DNA of 64,000 nucleotides, taken from NCBI GenBank assembly GCA_965183885.1, contig OZ238992.1, forward strand, positions 699,159 through 763,158, read 5' to 3'. The notes beneath the pieces were generated by a model. That model did not search any database and was not told the origin of the DNA. It worked only from the letters and a program-made list of their open reading frames with translations. This DNA comes from Flavobacteriales bacterium. Its GTDB lineage: Bacteria > Bacteroidota > Bacteroidia > Flavobacteriales > BACL11. The translations under genes were made by a program, and so were the position numbers. Below, piece by piece: positions 31,374 through 41,726 of this stretch (position 1 is its first letter; every line of letters begins with the position of its first letter).

Positions 31374-31760
31374 CTATCTTTTAACCCACTGGAATTTCTT
31401 CCTTGCTTTCTTTTGCCCTGGTTTTTTACGCTCAACTACTCTTGCATCTCTAGTAAGCATTCCTTCAGCTTTTAAAGCAGGTCTATTTTCAGCATCCATT
31501 TCGCAAATAGCTCTTGAGATTGCTAAACGAATTGCTTCTGCCTGACCAGTAGTACCACCACCATTAACATTTACTTTTACATCAAACTTTCCAGCAAGAT
31601 CAGCGATATTAAATGGTTGTTCTAACTTAAACTGCATTGTGTCAACTGGAAAATACTCTTTGTAATCTTTATCGTTTACAGTAATATTTCCTTTTCCTTC
31701 TGTAATATAGATTCTAGCAACTGATGCTTTTCTTCTACCAATAGTGTGAATTGTTTCCAT
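31374..31760 (-). CDS. rpsI: 30S ribosomal protein S9
   Basis: 128 aa with GRRKASVARI... and a C-terminal ...KKARKKFQWVKR. Confidence 0.95.
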   Translation of the reverse strand: METIHTIGRRKASVARIYITEGKGNITVNDKDYKEYFPVDTMQFKLEQPFNIADLAGKFDVKVNVNGGGTTGQAEAIRLAISRAICEMDAENRPALKAEGMLTRDARVVERKKPGQKKARKKFQWVKR

Positions 31761-31763
31761 AGT

Positions 31764-32219
31764 TTATTTCAAGTCGTTTAAGTTAAGTGCTTTAGGCTTT
31801 TGAGCTTCTTGCTCGTGCTCTGCACCTGCATAAATGTAACAATTCTTTAAAATTGCCGCACCTAATTTATTTTTAGGAAGCATCCCTCTAACTGCATGCT
31901 TAACAACAGATGTTTCATCTTTTGATAACATTTCAGCAGGAGAAATTCTTTTTTGACCACCTGGGTAACCAGTATGACTAAAGATTCTTCTATCTTCCAT
32001 TTTATTTCCTGTCATTACAACTTTAGCTGCGTTAATGATAACTACGTAATCACCACAATCAGCATGAGGAGTAAAATTTGTCTTGTATTTTCCTCTTAAA
32101 ACTTTGGCAATTTTTGATGCCATTCTTCCTAGAGTTTGACCATCAGCATCAACAACAAACCATTCTTTGTTTGCCGTTTCTTTGTTTGCTGATAAAGTCT
32201 TGTAACTTAATGTATCCAC
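31764..32219 (-). CDS. rplM: 50S ribosomal protein L13
   Basis: I moved the start to GTG 32219, giving (M)DTLSYKTLSANKETANKEWFVVDA, the usual Bacteroidota L13 N-terminus. The track's TTG at 32258 lies inside the promoter box. Confidence 0.9.
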   Translation of the reverse strand: MDTLSYKTLSANKETANKEWFVVDADGQTLGRMASKIAKVLRGKYKTNFTPHADCGDYVVIINAAKVVMTGNKMEDRRIFSHTGYPGGQKRISPAEMLSKDETSVVKHAVRGMLPKNKLGAAILKNCYIYAGAEHEQEAQKPKALNLNDLK

Positions 32220-32255
32220 TATATATATGTTTTTTAGTCCTTTATAAAAGGGCTG

Positions 32256-32263
32256 CAAAATTA
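32256..32263 (-). promoter_or_regulatory. -7 box (TAatTTTG) for rplM-rpsI
   Basis: Plus-strand caaaatta is TAATTTTG on the minus strand, 36 nt upstream of GTG 32219. Confidence 0.5.
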
Positions 32264-32291
32264 CACTTTTTTTTAATGCTGCAAAATATTA

Positions 32292-33491
32292 TTAACTATT
32301 ATTGTTTATAACATTTAACTCTTTTCCAATCTTAGTAAAGGCAGCCACTGCTTTATCCAAGTTTTCGCGGCTATGTGCAGCCGATATTTGAACCCTTATT
32401 CTTGCTTGTTCTTTAGGAACCACAGGGTAAAAGAAACCAATTACATAAATTCCTTCTGCTAATAATTTATCTGCCATTTCTTGCGAAAGTTTGGCATCAT
32501 ACAACATTACAGGAACAATTGCATGCACTCCTTTTTTAATATCAAAACCTGCTTCGGTCATTTTTGCTCTAAAATATTGTGTATTTTCTTCCAACTTATC
32601 ACGTAACACTGTAGTGTCACTTAATAAATCAATTACCTTAGTAGCAGCTCCAACAATTGATGGTGCTAAAGAATTAGAGAACAAATAAGGACGAGAACGC
32701 TGACGTAACATGTCAATAATTTCTTTTTTACCTGAAGTAAAACCACCCATAGCTCCTCCTAAAGCTTTTCCTAAAGTAGAAGTAATAATATCAACCCTTC
32801 CCATAACATCGCAATGTTCATGTGTCCCTCTTCCTGTTTTTCCTACAAAACCTGTTGAGTGAGAATCATCTACCATTACTAATGCATCGTATTTTTCTGC
32901 TAAGTCACAGATTTTATCCAATTGTGCTAAATAACCATCCATAGAAAACACTCCATCAGTAACAATAATACGGTTTCTTTGATCTTGAGCTTTTATTAAT
33001 TGAACTTCCAAATCTTCCATATCATTATTTGCATAACGGTAACGTGCAGCCTTACACAAACGCACTCCATCAATAATTGAAGCATGATTTAAGGCATCTG
33101 AAATAATAGCATCTTCTTTCCCAAATAAAGGCTCAAACACTCCTCCATTTGCATCAAAAGCTGCTGCATATAGTATAGTATCTTCCATTCCTAAAAAATT
33201 AGAAATTTTTGACTCTAAGTTTTTATGAATATCTTGAGTACCACAAATAAAACGCACTGATGACATTCCATAACCATGCGTATCCAAAGCATCTTTTGCT
33301 GCTTGAATCACCTCAGGATGAGAAGACAGTCCTAAATAATTATTTGCACAAAAGTTCAACACCTCTTCCCCAGTACTTACTCTAATACTTGCTCCCTGGG
33401 GATTGGTAATTATTCTTTCTTTTTTAAATAAACCAGCATCTTCAATAGTTGCTAATTCATCTTGTAACTGTTTTTGGAATTTTCCTAACAT
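32292..33491 (-). CDS. kbl: Glycine C-acetyltransferase (2-amino-3-ketobutyrate CoA ligase)
   Basis: I moved the start to ATG 33491 ([13 protein letters not shown]...). Motifs: [18 protein letters not shown], and STLGKALGG with the PLP lysine. Confidence 0.9.
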   Translation of the reverse strand: MLGKFQKQLQDELATIEDAGLFKKERIITNPQGASIRVSTGEEVLNFCANNYLGLSSHPEVIQAAKDALDTHGYGMSSVRFICGTQDIHKNLESKISNFLGMEDTILYAAAFDANGGVFEPLFGKEDAIISDALNHASIIDGVRLCKAARYRYANNDMEDLEVQLIKAQDQRNRIIVTDGVFSMDGYLAQLDKICDLAEKYDALVMVDDSHSTGFVGKTGRGTHEHCDVMGRVDIITSTLGKALGGAMGGFTSGKKEIIDMLRQRSRPYLFSNSLAPSIVGAATKVIDLLSDTTVLRDKLEENTQYFRAKMTEAGFDIKKGVHAIVPVMLYDAKLSQEMADKLLAEGIYVIGFFYPVVPKEQARIRVQISAAHSRENLDKAVAAFTKIGKELNVINNNS

Positions 33492-33511
33492 AATTTTATT
33501 TTTTGGGAGAG

Positions 33512-33519
33512 CAAAAGTA
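33512..33519 (-). promoter_or_regulatory. -7 box (TActTTTG) for kbl
   Basis: Plus-strand caaaagta is TACTTTTG on the minus strand, 20 nt upstream of the ATG at 33491. Confidence 0.55.
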
Positions 33520-33526
33520 CACAAAT

Positions 33527-33554
33527 AAAAAAAGGAGGCAAAAGCCTCCTTTTT
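33527..33554. terminator. Hairpin terminator after gdhA
   Basis: AAAAAGGAGGC-aaaa-GCCTCCTTTTT is a perfect stem with A and T flanks. Confidence 0.75.
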
Positions 33555-33574
33555 AAATATTATAGCATTGTAAA

Positions 33575-34909
33575 TTAAACCAATCCTTGTGCTAGCATTG
33601 CATCTGCAACTTTAATAAATCCAGCAACATTTGCTCCTTTTACATAATCAACATACTCTCCATCTCTACCGTGAGTAACACAAGCAGTATGGATGCTGTT
33701 AATAATTGATTTTAATTTCTCATCAACTTCTTCTCTTGTCCAGTTGTAACGCATAGAGTTTTGGCTCATTTCTAAACCAGAAACTGCTACCCCGCCAGCA
33801 TTAGCTGCTTTACCAGGAGCAAATAAGATTCTTGCTTTTTGGAATACTGCAACAGCCTCAGGAGTACAAGGCATATTAGCTCCTTCACATACTACCTCAC
33901 AACCACTAGATACTAAATCTTGTGCTGCTAACTCATCAACTTCATTTTGCGTTGCACAAGGTAAAGCTACATCAACTTTTATTCCCCAAGGCTTTCCTTC
34001 GTGGAACTCACAGTTGTATTTATCAGCATACTCAGAAATTCTTCCTCTTCTTACATTTTTAAGATCCATTAAAAATGCTAACTTCTCTGTAGTAAACCCT
34101 TCTGGGTCATAAATAAATCCTGAAGAATCAGATGCTGTAACAACTGTACCACCAAATTCAATTACTTTTTCAATTGCATATTGAGCAACATTACCTGATC
34201 CTGAAACTGCAACTCTTTTGTTGTTAAAGTTTTTACCAGCTGTTTCTAACATCTCTTTTGCAAAATATACACAACCATAACCTGTTGCTTCTGGACGAAT
34301 TAATGAACCTCCAAACTCTGGAGACTTACCAGTAAGTACACCCGTAAATTCATTTCTTAATCTTTTATATTGTCCAAACATGAAACCAATTTCTCTACCA
34401 CCAACACCTATATCTCCAGCAGGAACATCAGTGTTTGGTCCAATATGACGAGAAAGCTCAGTCATAAACGATTGACAGAATCTCATAATTTCACCATCAG
34501 ATTTACCTTTAGGATCAAAATTAGAACCTCCTTTACCACCACCCATAGGAAGTGTAGTTAATGAGTTTTTAAATACTTGCTCAAAAGCTAAGAACTTAAG
34601 AATAGAAAGGTTTACTGAAGGATGGAAACGCAAACCACCTTTATAAGGTCCAATAGCAGAATTCATTTCAATTCTGTATCCTCTGTTTACTTGAATAGCT
34701 CCATTATCATCACACCATGGAACACGGAACATAATTACTCTTTCCGGCTCAATCATTCTTTCTAAAATTTTCTTTCCTTGAAACCTAGGTGTTGTTTCAA
34801 TAATAGGGATTACTGTTTCAGCAACCTCTTCTACCGCTTGTAGAAATTCTGTTTCCCCTGGGTTTAATTCCTCTACCCAGTTCATGAAATCATGGATTTT
34901 TTGTTCCAT
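33575..34909 (-). CDS. gdhA: Glutamate dehydrogenase (GdhA type)
   Basis: I moved the start to ATG 34909 ([14 protein letters not shown]...), downstream of the -7 box at 34951-34958. The [11 protein letters not shown]...[19 protein letters not shown] motif is present. Confidence 0.93.
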   Translation of the reverse strand: MEQKIHDFMNWVEELNPGETEFLQAVEEVAETVIPIIETTPRFQGKKILERMIEPERVIMFRVPWCDDNGAIQVNRGYRIEMNSAIGPYKGGLRFHPSVNLSILKFLAFEQVFKNSLTTLPMGGGKGGSNFDPKGKSDGEIMRFCQSFMTELSRHIGPNTDVPAGDIGVGGREIGFMFGQYKRLRNEFTGVLTGKSPEFGGSLIRPEATGYGCVYFAKEMLETAGKNFNNKRVAVSGSGNVAQYAIEKVIEFGGTVVTASDSSGFIYDPEGFTTEKLAFLMDLKNVRRGRISEYADKYNCEFHEGKPWGIKVDVALPCATQNEVDELAAQDLVSSGCEVVCEGANMPCTPEAVAVFQKARILFAPGKAANAGGVAVSGLEMSQNSMRYNWTREEVDEKLKSIINSIHTACVTHGRDGEYVDYVKGANVAGFIKVADAMLAQGLV

Positions 34910-34950
34910 TTTATTTAATTTTTTTGTTATTTTTTTAATTAAAATTTCGG

Positions 34951-34958
34951 CAAATGTA
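34951..34958 (-). promoter_or_regulatory. -7 box (TAcaTTTG) for gdhA
   Basis: Plus-strand caaatgta is TACATTTG on the minus strand. The track's start at 34972 is upstream of this box. Confidence 0.55.
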
Positions 34959-34985
34959 TAGTATTTTTCCAAATAGAAATATGCT

Positions 34986-36086
34986 TTACATACTCTTCTT
35001 ATAAATTTTTCCTGGCAATGAAGTAATTAAACCTTTAAATTCTGCTTTTAGAAGTTCATTTGCTACCTTTGAAAATCCCCAACTCAACTTATTAACTAAA
35101 GCATCAATATGCATTTCATTTTTTGATAATGCATCTATTATTTTTTGCTCATCATCATTAAGCTCAATAAAAATACTTTGCTGCACACTTTTTATTTTTA
35201 CATCCCAATTTAAACCTTTAATAACATCCTTAGCAGACTCTAATAAAATTGCACGCTGTGTTTTTATCAAATAATTACATCCTTTTGCAGCACTATTATC
35301 AGGGCTTCCAGGAACTGCAAATACTTCACGATTGTAGGAGTTGGCAATATCAGCAGTAATTAATGAACCTCCTTTTGCAGCGCTTTCAACAACTATAGTT
35401 GCATCAGATAGTCCTGCAACAATTCTATTTCTTTTTGGAAAATTCTGCCTATCAGAATTTATCCCCTTAATAAACTCCGTTAGTAAGCTCCCATTATTAG
35501 AAATCGTTTTAGCAAGAGTACTATGAGCAGCAGGGTAAACTCTATCCAAATCATGAGCAAATACAGCTATAGTTTTTAAACCAAACTTTAAAGCTGCTTT
35601 ATGTGCTGCAACATCAATTCCATAAGCCAATCCACTTACAATTACTGGATTATACACTGCTAATTCTTTAACTAACTGTTCTGTAAATTGTTTGCCAAAT
35701 GCAGTAGCTTTCCTAGTCCCCACTATACTAATAAACTTATCATGCTCAAAGTTAATTGTTCCTTTATAATATAAATTTAATGGAGCGTCCTCACATTGCT
35801 TTAACCTATAAGGATATTGTTTATCTGTATAAAATAAATGATTTACTTTTTCTTTCTTGACATAAGAAAGTTGTTCCTCTGCTCTTTCTAAAGCATCAGT
35901 ATTTAATATTGCATTTACTAATACCTTCCCTACGCCATTTATTTTCTCTAATTGTGATTGCTTTGCAAAAAAAACTGATTTAGCACTACCAAAATGTGCC
36001 AATAGTTTTTTACCTACAACATCACCAACACCTTCAATTAACGAAAGTCCTATTTGATATTGTTTTTCATCTTCTTGTGCTTCCAT
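34986..36086 (-). CDS. dprA: DNA-processing protein DprA
   Basis: 366 aa with an N-terminal SAM-like region (LIEGVGDVVGKKLL), a Rossmann core (IVSGLAYGIDVAAHKAAL) and GGSLITA. Confidence 0.88.
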   Translation of the reverse strand: MEAQEDEKQYQIGLSLIEGVGDVVGKKLLAHFGSAKSVFFAKQSQLEKINGVGKVLVNAILNTDALERAEEQLSYVKKEKVNHLFYTDKQYPYRLKQCEDAPLNLYYKGTINFEHDKFISIVGTRKATAFGKQFTEQLVKELAVYNPVIVSGLAYGIDVAAHKAALKFGLKTIAVFAHDLDRVYPAAHSTLAKTISNNGSLLTEFIKGINSDRQNFPKRNRIVAGLSDATIVVESAAKGGSLITADIANSYNREVFAVPGSPDNSAAKGCNYLIKTQRAILLESAKDVIKGLNWDVKIKSVQQSIFIELNDDEQKIIDALSKNEMHIDALVNKLSWGFSKVANELLKAEFKGLITSLPGKIYKKSM

Positions 36087-36095
36087 ACAAAACTA

Positions 36096-36103
36096 TATAT
36101 TTG
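36096..36103 (+). promoter_or_regulatory. -7 box (TAtaTTTG) for the TonB-dependent receptor
   Basis: TATATTTG lies 27 nt before the ATG at 36131. Confidence 0.5.
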
Positions 36104-36130
36104 TCATATTAAAAATCACCCTGTAAATAT

Positions 36131-38518
36131 ATGAGAAAAATTTTTATCCTTTTTATACTTACCCTTTATAATTTGACTGTTTATGGACAAACTATAAGCG
36201 GTACTATAACGGACAGCAATACTAAAGAGGTATTAATTGGAGTAAATATTATTCTTGAAAATGGCAAAGGAATATCAAGTGATATTTTTGGAAAATACAC
36301 CTTAAATACTGAAGAGGGCATTCAAAAAATCAGCTTTAAATATATTGGATACAAAGAGGTTGTAAAAGAGTTTACATTAAATAAAGAAGAGCAAAAAACA
36401 ATTAATGTTTCTTTGGAAAGCTCAGCTGAACAGTTAAGCACTGTAGTTGTATCAGCAGGAAGGTTTGAACAGCAATTAGAAGAAATTACAGTATCCATGG
36501 AGGTAATAAAACCTACACTTATTGAAAACAAAAACACTACTAATATTGAAACTGTAATAGATCAGATTCCTAGTGTTAATATTATTGATGGGCAAGCAAA
36601 TATAAGAGGAGGTAGTGGATGGAGCTATGGTGCTGGGACAAGAGTTTTAGTAATGGTTGATGATATGCCTTTAGTTTCTGGAGATGCAGGACAAGTACAA
36701 TGGAAACTAATTGCTACCGAAAATATTAATCAAATAGAAGTAATAAAAGGAGCGTCATCAGCACTTTACGGGTCATCAGCATTAAATGGCGTTATTAATA
36801 TCCGCACTGCTTTCCCTAGTCAGAAAAAAATTAATAACAATCCTTTACCAGGGTACACTAAAGTAAATATGCATTTTGGATTAATTGACTTTCCTAAAAG
36901 AGCTGCTCTAAACTGGAATGGTGATAAAAGAAGAGCTTTTAAAGGTCTTGAATTTTCACAGGCAATGAAGGTAAACAATACAGATATATCCTTTGGAGGA
37001 AATGTTTTTAAAGATGATGGCTACCGATATGGAGAATCAACAGACAGAAAACGATTTAACTTTAATACAAACCATAAAAGCAAGAAAATAATAGGATTAG
37101 CATATGGTTTAAATGGAAATTTTATACTCCAAGAATCAGGATCTGCTTTATTGTGGAATGGATTTGATGAAGCCTATATCCCTTTAGACTCTGCTATAAG
37201 CACTACTAAAAGCACTACATATAATATTGACCCCTTTATTAATTACACTAAAGGAAACAACCAACATTCATTACGAATCCGCTACCTAAGTGTAACAAAT
37301 GACAACAGTAGTAATGGTAAAGATATTGGACAAGATAATGCCTCAAATACAATTTACACCAACTATCAATATCAAAAAAATATAAAAGAATATCAGCTAC
37401 GAATAACAAGTGGTATTACTAATGAAATAGTACAGGTGAACTCTGATTTGTTTAATGGGAAAAGCCAAAGAACTAATAATGCCCTTTATACACAAATTGA
37501 TAAAAAATGGAATCGACTAAATATTTCTTTAGGGGGGAGATATGAATATTTTTCAATAAATACTGATAGCAAGCATTTTATTGATGGCGATTCAATAAAT
37601 GAGTTTTCAGCACAAAAACCAGTTTTTAGAGCAGGGCTTAATTACCAGTTAGCAGAAGCAACTTTCTTAAGAGGATCATGGGGACAAGGATTCCGTTTCC
37701 CTGCTATGTCGGAACTCTTTATTTCTACCAACCAATCAGGACTAGAAATTTACCCTAATCCTGAATTAAAACCTGAAAGTGGGTGGAGTAGTGAAATAGG
37801 AATAAAGCAGGGAATAAAAATTGGGAATTGGCTTTCATATCTTGACCTAGCTGCATTTTTAATGCAATATGACAATATGATGGAATTTAGCTTTGGGCAA
37901 TGGGGAGGACCTGAAAACACACTCTCAGGCTTAGGGTTTAAATCAGTAAACGTTGGATCTACACAAATTAGCGGAGTTGAATTGAGCATAAACGGGCAAG
38001 GAAAATTAAATAAGAATACAAATGTTAATATATTAGCTGGTTACACCTACATGAATCCTATTTCACTAGATAAAGATTATATATATGCACGATATTACAA
38101 AGACACGAATGGAGATGGAATAGATGATGGTGACGGCAGACCAATAACTTATTTAGAAAGTGGAGTAGACTCAACAGTATTGAAATACCGACACAAACAT
38201 ATTATAAAATTTGATGCTGAATTAATATATAAAAAATATACTCTAGGAGGAAGTTTTAGATACAATGACTTTATGCGAAATATTGATTATATTTTTACAA
38301 CACCAGTAGTAGAGCAACTTGGGATTACAGGAATAAATGAATCAAGAGCAGATGAAAAAGGGGATTATATTATAGACATGAGAGCTGCTTATCAGATAAT
38401 AAAAACAGCAAAACTAAGCTTTATTGTAAATAATCTACTGAATAGAGAGTACATGAGTCGACCAGCAAATATGATGCCACCAAGAACTTTTACAGTACAA
38501 TTAAATTTTAAAATCTAA
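36131..38518 (+). CDS. TonB-dependent receptor with N-terminal carboxypeptidase-regulatory-like domain
   Basis: 795 aa. Signal peptide, then GTITDSNTKEVLIGVNI (CarbopepD_reg-like). Plug region has IEVIKGASSALYGSSALNGVINI. C-terminal end is ...RTFTVQLNFKI. Confidence 0.88.
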   Translation: MRKIFILFILTLYNLTVYGQTISGTITDSNTKEVLIGVNIILENGKGISSDIFGKYTLNTEEGIQKISFKYIGYKEVVKEFTLNKEEQKTINVSLESSAEQLSTVVVSAGRFEQQLEEITVSMEVIKPTLIENKNTTNIETVIDQIPSVNIIDGQANIRGGSGWSYGAGTRVLVMVDDMPLVSGDAGQVQWKLIATENINQIEVIKGASSALYGSSALNGVINIRTAFPSQKKINNNPLPGYTKVNMHFGLIDFPKRAALNWNGDKRRAFKGLEFSQAMKVNNTDISFGGNVFKDDGYRYGESTDRKRFNFNTNHKSKKIIGLAYGLNGNFILQESGSALLWNGFDEAYIPLDSAISTTKSTTYNIDPFINYTKGNNQHSLRIRYLSVTNDNSSNGKDIGQDNASNTIYTNYQYQKNIKEYQLRITSGITNEIVQVNSDLFNGKSQRTNNALYTQIDKKWNRLNISLGGRYEYFSINTDSKHFIDGDSINEFSAQKPVFRAGLNYQLAEATFLRGSWGQGFRFPAMSELFISTNQSGLEIYPNPELKPESGWSSEIGIKQGIKIGNWLSYLDLAAFLMQYDNMMEFSFGQWGGPENTLSGLGFKSVNVGSTQISGVELSINGQGKLNKNTNVNILAGYTYMNPISLDKDYIYARYYKDTNGDGIDDGDGRPITYLESGVDSTVLKYRHKHIIKFDAELIYKKYTLGGSFRYNDFMRNIDYIFTTPVVEQLGITGINESRADEKGDYIIDMRAAYQIIKTAKLSFIVNNLLNREYMSRPANMMPPRTFTVQLNFKI

Positions 38519-39231
38519 TGAAAATAATAGGAGTAATCCCATCACGATATGCTTCAAGTAGGTTTCCAGGAAAACCACTTGCTGATATATTAGGTACAAG
38601 CATGATACAAAGAGTATATGAACAGGCTAAAAAATGTAAAAGCCTTGATGCTGTAATTGTTGCTACTGATGATGACAGGATTTACAATCATGTAAAAAGC
38701 TTTGGTGGCGAAGTAATAATGACTTCTAGCGATCATCCATCAGGAACTGATCGCTGTAATGAAGTAGTACAGAAAATTAATGATGACTACAATATTGTAG
38801 TAAATATACAAGGCGATGAACCTTATATAAATCCTGAGCAGATTGAACAAGTAGTACAATTATTTACTGATGAAAAAGTAAGTATAGGAACATTGGCAAA
38901 AGAAATAGAAGATTTAGAACTATTAAGCGATGAAAATAGCCCAAAAGCAATTTTTAACAACCAAGGTATTGCAAGTAATTTTTGTAGGCTAATTGAACAA
39001 AAAGAGGGTAATAAGCACTATTACAAACACATAGGGATTTATGCTTTCAGAACTCAAACATTAGCTGAAATATGCAAATTATCTCCTTCAAAAAATGAAA
39101 TAAAAGAGCGCCTAGAACAACTCAGATGGCTGGACAATAAGTATTTAATTAAGGTAGGAATTACAACTCACGAGGGCATATCAGTAGATAGCCCAAAGGA
39201 TATTGATAAAATTAAAGCCCAACTAAGATAA
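38518..39231 (+). CDS. kdsB: 3-deoxy-manno-octulosonate cytidylyltransferase
   Basis: 237 aa with IIGVIPSRYASSRFPGKPL and VNIQGDEPYI. Its ATG overlaps the receptor stop by 1 nt. Confidence 0.92.
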   Translation: MKIIGVIPSRYASSRFPGKPLADILGTSMIQRVYEQAKKCKSLDAVIVATDDDRIYNHVKSFGGEVIMTSSDHPSGTDRCNEVVQKINDDYNIVVNIQGDEPYINPEQIEQVVQLFTDEKVSIGTLAKEIEDLELLSDENSPKAIFNNQGIASNFCRLIEQKEGNKHYYKHIGIYAFRTQTLAEICKLSPSKNEIKERLEQLRWLDNKYLIKVGITTHEGISVDSPKDIDKIKAQLR

Positions 39232-39237
39232 TTTACT

Positions 39238-39245
39238 TAATTTTG
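39238..39245 (+). promoter_or_regulatory. -7 box (TAatTTTG) 5 nt before the ATG at 39251
   Basis: TAATTTTG at 39238-39245. Confidence 0.45.
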
Positions 39246-39250
39246 TTCCT

Positions 39251-40216
39251 ATGAACAAGACCGTATCACACTACATTTCTGAACTCTTATTTTTACATGA
39301 TTGTGTAATACTACCTTCCTTTGGAGGTTTTGTTGGAAATAGACAATCAGCAAAATTAAACCAATTAACAGGGATACTTTCACCACCATCAAAGCAAATT
39401 TTATTCAATAAAAACCTAAGTACAAATGACGGATTATTGATAAACCATATTGCCAATATGGAAGGGCTTAGCCAAGAAATTGCAAAGCAAAATGTTGAGG
39501 CATTTGCTCAAGAGTGCACTACAAAACTAACGACTACTAAAGTAGTTAGAATTGAGAAAATAGGATTATTTACTCTAGGTAAAGAAAACAATATCTTATT
39601 TACACAAGACACTACAACAAACTATAGTTTAGATGCTTTTGGTATGAGCGCAAGCCACACCAAAACAATAGAACGCCAAACGGTATTAGAAGAAAAAATT
39701 ATTGCTAGTGTACAGCACATAAATACACAAAGCCGTAATCCAAGAACATTTTTAAGAGCTGCTGCTGTAATTATTCCTTTAGTAGCTTTATCGTACCTAA
39801 GTATTAGCCAACAAGAAAGCATTAATAATGCTTATACTCAAATGGCTAGTCTTAACCCGTTTACTACTTTAACTACTGAAACAAATACTGTTGAAGTTGA
39901 AACAACTCCTGAGCTAATAATTGAAGCAGAGGTAATTAGTCCTGCTCCTATAGTTGCTGAGGAAGAAGTAAAAATTGAAATCAAAGCTATTGCCACACAA
40001 AAGACCTACTACATTATTGCTGGTGCTTTTGCAGAGCAAAAAAATGCTGATAAAATGGTAAAGAAACTTCGTAACTGGGACTACAATCCTACAGTAATTA
40101 AAGGAGGGAAATTAAGCCGTGTAAGTTACAGTGACTTTACTAATAAAGAAGAAGCAATCTTAGCTTTAAAAGAAATACAGCGAGAAAATAAATCCGCTTG
40201 GTTACTTATCCAATAA
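39251..40216 (+). CDS. HU-like N-terminal domain / C-terminal SPOR domain protein
   Basis: 321 aa. The N-terminus VILPSFGGFVG... is typical of the Bacteroidota HU-CCDC81-like domain. There is one mid transmembrane segment and a C-terminal SPOR-like YYIIAGAFAEQKNADKMVKKL... Confidence 0.7.
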   Translation: MNKTVSHYISELLFLHDCVILPSFGGFVGNRQSAKLNQLTGILSPPSKQILFNKNLSTNDGLLINHIANMEGLSQEIAKQNVEAFAQECTTKLTTTKVVRIEKIGLFTLGKENNILFTQDTTTNYSLDAFGMSASHTKTIERQTVLEEKIIASVQHINTQSRNPRTFLRAAAVIIPLVALSYLSISQQESINNAYTQMASLNPFTTLTTETNTVEVETTPELIIEAEVISPAPIVAEEEVKIEIKAIATQKTYYIIAGAFAEQKNADKMVKKLRNWDYNPTVIKGGKLSRVSYSDFTNKEEAILALKEIQRENKSAWLLIQ

Positions 40217-40222
40217 ATCATC

Positions 40223-40738
40223 ATGAACACAAAAACGCCTAAAGAATCTAAAGCAATACTTACTGAAATTGTTTTGCCTAATGATACTAATAATTTAGAC
40301 AATTTAATGGGAGGAAGGCTGCTACACTGGATGGATATTGCTGCTGCCATAACTGCACACAGGCATTGCAATAGAACATCAGTAACAGCAAGTGTAAATA
40401 ATGTAAGTTTTGATCATCCTATTCCGCAAGGGAGTATTGTAACTTTAGAAGCTACAATATCAAGAGCTTTTTCATCATCAATGGAAATTTTTATAGATGT
40501 ATGGACTGAAGACACTTTATCAGGAGCTAAAACAAAATGTAATGAAGCTATCTATACCTTTGTTGCTGTTGATAATATGGGTAAACCTGCTAAAGTTCCT
40601 GGAGTAACTCCAGAAACAGAACTAGAAACAAAACGCTTTGAAGGTGCTTTAAGAAGAAGGCAATTGTCATTAATCTTAGCTGGAAAGATGAAAGCTGAAG
40701 ATGCTAGTGAACTAAAAGCATTATTCACTCAAGAATAA
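40223..40738 (+). CDS. Acyl-CoA thioesterase (hotdog fold, YciA-like)
   Basis: 171 aa with LPNDTNNLDNLMGGRLLHWMDIAAAI. Confidence 0.85.
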   Translation: MNTKTPKESKAILTEIVLPNDTNNLDNLMGGRLLHWMDIAAAITAHRHCNRTSVTASVNNVSFDHPIPQGSIVTLEATISRAFSSSMEIFIDVWTEDTLSGAKTKCNEAIYTFVAVDNMGKPAKVPGVTPETELETKRFEGALRRRQLSLILAGKMKAEDASELKALFTQE

Positions 40739-41689
40739 ACCTTCCTCAATTTCTTGCATGCATTTAAAATGTCCTTTTGGGCATTTATCATAACCTATTT
40801 TGGAACAAGGCCTACAATTTAAGCCCTTTACTTCTATCATTTTAGATTGCTCATTGGCCTTATAAGGTGTCATCCCAAATTCTGGAACAGTATTTCCCCA
40901 AACAGCGTAAATTTTCTTTTTGAAAGCCGCTGCAATATGCATCATTCCTGTATCGTGTGTAATTACATATTCTGCTTCTTTTACAATATATGCTGATTGA
41001 CTAATACTAAACTTACCACAAGCATTAAAAGTATTGCTTGTTGCTGCAAGTATCTGCTCTCCCCTATCATTATCCTCAGGACCACCCACAATAACTACCT
41101 TATCTTTTAGCTTATCTATAATTGAGATGATTTTACTTGTAGGTAATATCTTAGTTGCATGCTGGCCACCAATTACAAAAACTACATAGCCTTGCTTTTT
41201 AAAAGCTTCAAATTCTGGCGTTAGCACCTCATCATCTTTTGTAAGAAAGAAATCGAGGCCTTGATTATCATTTTCAGCACCTAAATGAGCAATAGTACTT
41301 AAGTACCTATCAACAATATGAACTCTAGGAAGGCTGTCTATTTTAAAAGTTGTGAGAAAGAATTTCTCCATATTGAGTTTATTAAAACTCTTAGCAGGAA
41401 CATTTAATTTAAACTTTAATATCTTGGTGCGCAAATTATTATGCAAATCAATTACATAATCAAAGTCTTGTGCTTTTAAATCTTCCAGCACCTCATCAAG
41501 ACCATCCTTTATTAAATGAAGCTTATCCACATAAGGATTGTGTACTAACAAAGATTTATAAGATGATTTAGTAAGGTAATGTACCTCAGTATTAAGCTGT
41601 TTTTTAAGTACTCTTACTACTGGTGTAGTTAATACGATATCTCCAATTGAAGAAAATCTGACAACTAATATTTTAAGTGTTTCTTGCAC
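40721..41689 (-). CDS. Glycosyltransferase family 9 (heptosyltransferase-like)
   Basis: 322 aa with ILVVRFSSIGDIVLTTP and THDTGMMHIAAA. Its 3' end overlaps the convergent thioesterase gene by 18 nt. Confidence 0.82.
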   Translation of the reverse strand: MQETLKILVVRFSSIGDIVLTTPVVRVLKKQLNTEVHYLTKSSYKSLLVHNPYVDKLHLIKDGLDEVLEDLKAQDFDYVIDLHNNLRTKILKFKLNVPAKSFNKLNMEKFFLTTFKIDSLPRVHIVDRYLSTIAHLGAENDNQGLDFFLTKDDEVLTPEFEAFKKQGYVVFVIGGQHATKILPTSKIISIIDKLKDKVVIVGGPEDNDRGEQILAATSNTFNACGKFSISQSAYIVKEAEYVITHDTGMMHIAAAFKKKIYAVWGNTVPEFGMTPYKANEQSKMIEVKGLNCRPCSKIGYDKCPKGHFKCMQEIEEGLFLSE

Positions 41690-41713
41690 CGGGTAAAACT
41701 AAGAAATTTATCC

Positions 41714-41721
41714 TAGTTTTG
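41714..41721 (+). promoter_or_regulatory. -7 box (TAgtTTTG) 5 nt before the tatD ATG
   Basis: TAGTTTTG at 41714-41721; ATG at 41727. Confidence 0.45.
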
Positions 41722-41726
41722 CGCTC

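Noticed and set aside
36088-36095. A TAGTTTTG box on the minus strand 1 nt from the dprA ATG, back-to-back with the receptor's box.
   Set aside because: It is too close to the start codon to drive even a leaderless dprA transcript. It is probably a chance match in the AT-rich divergent spacer.
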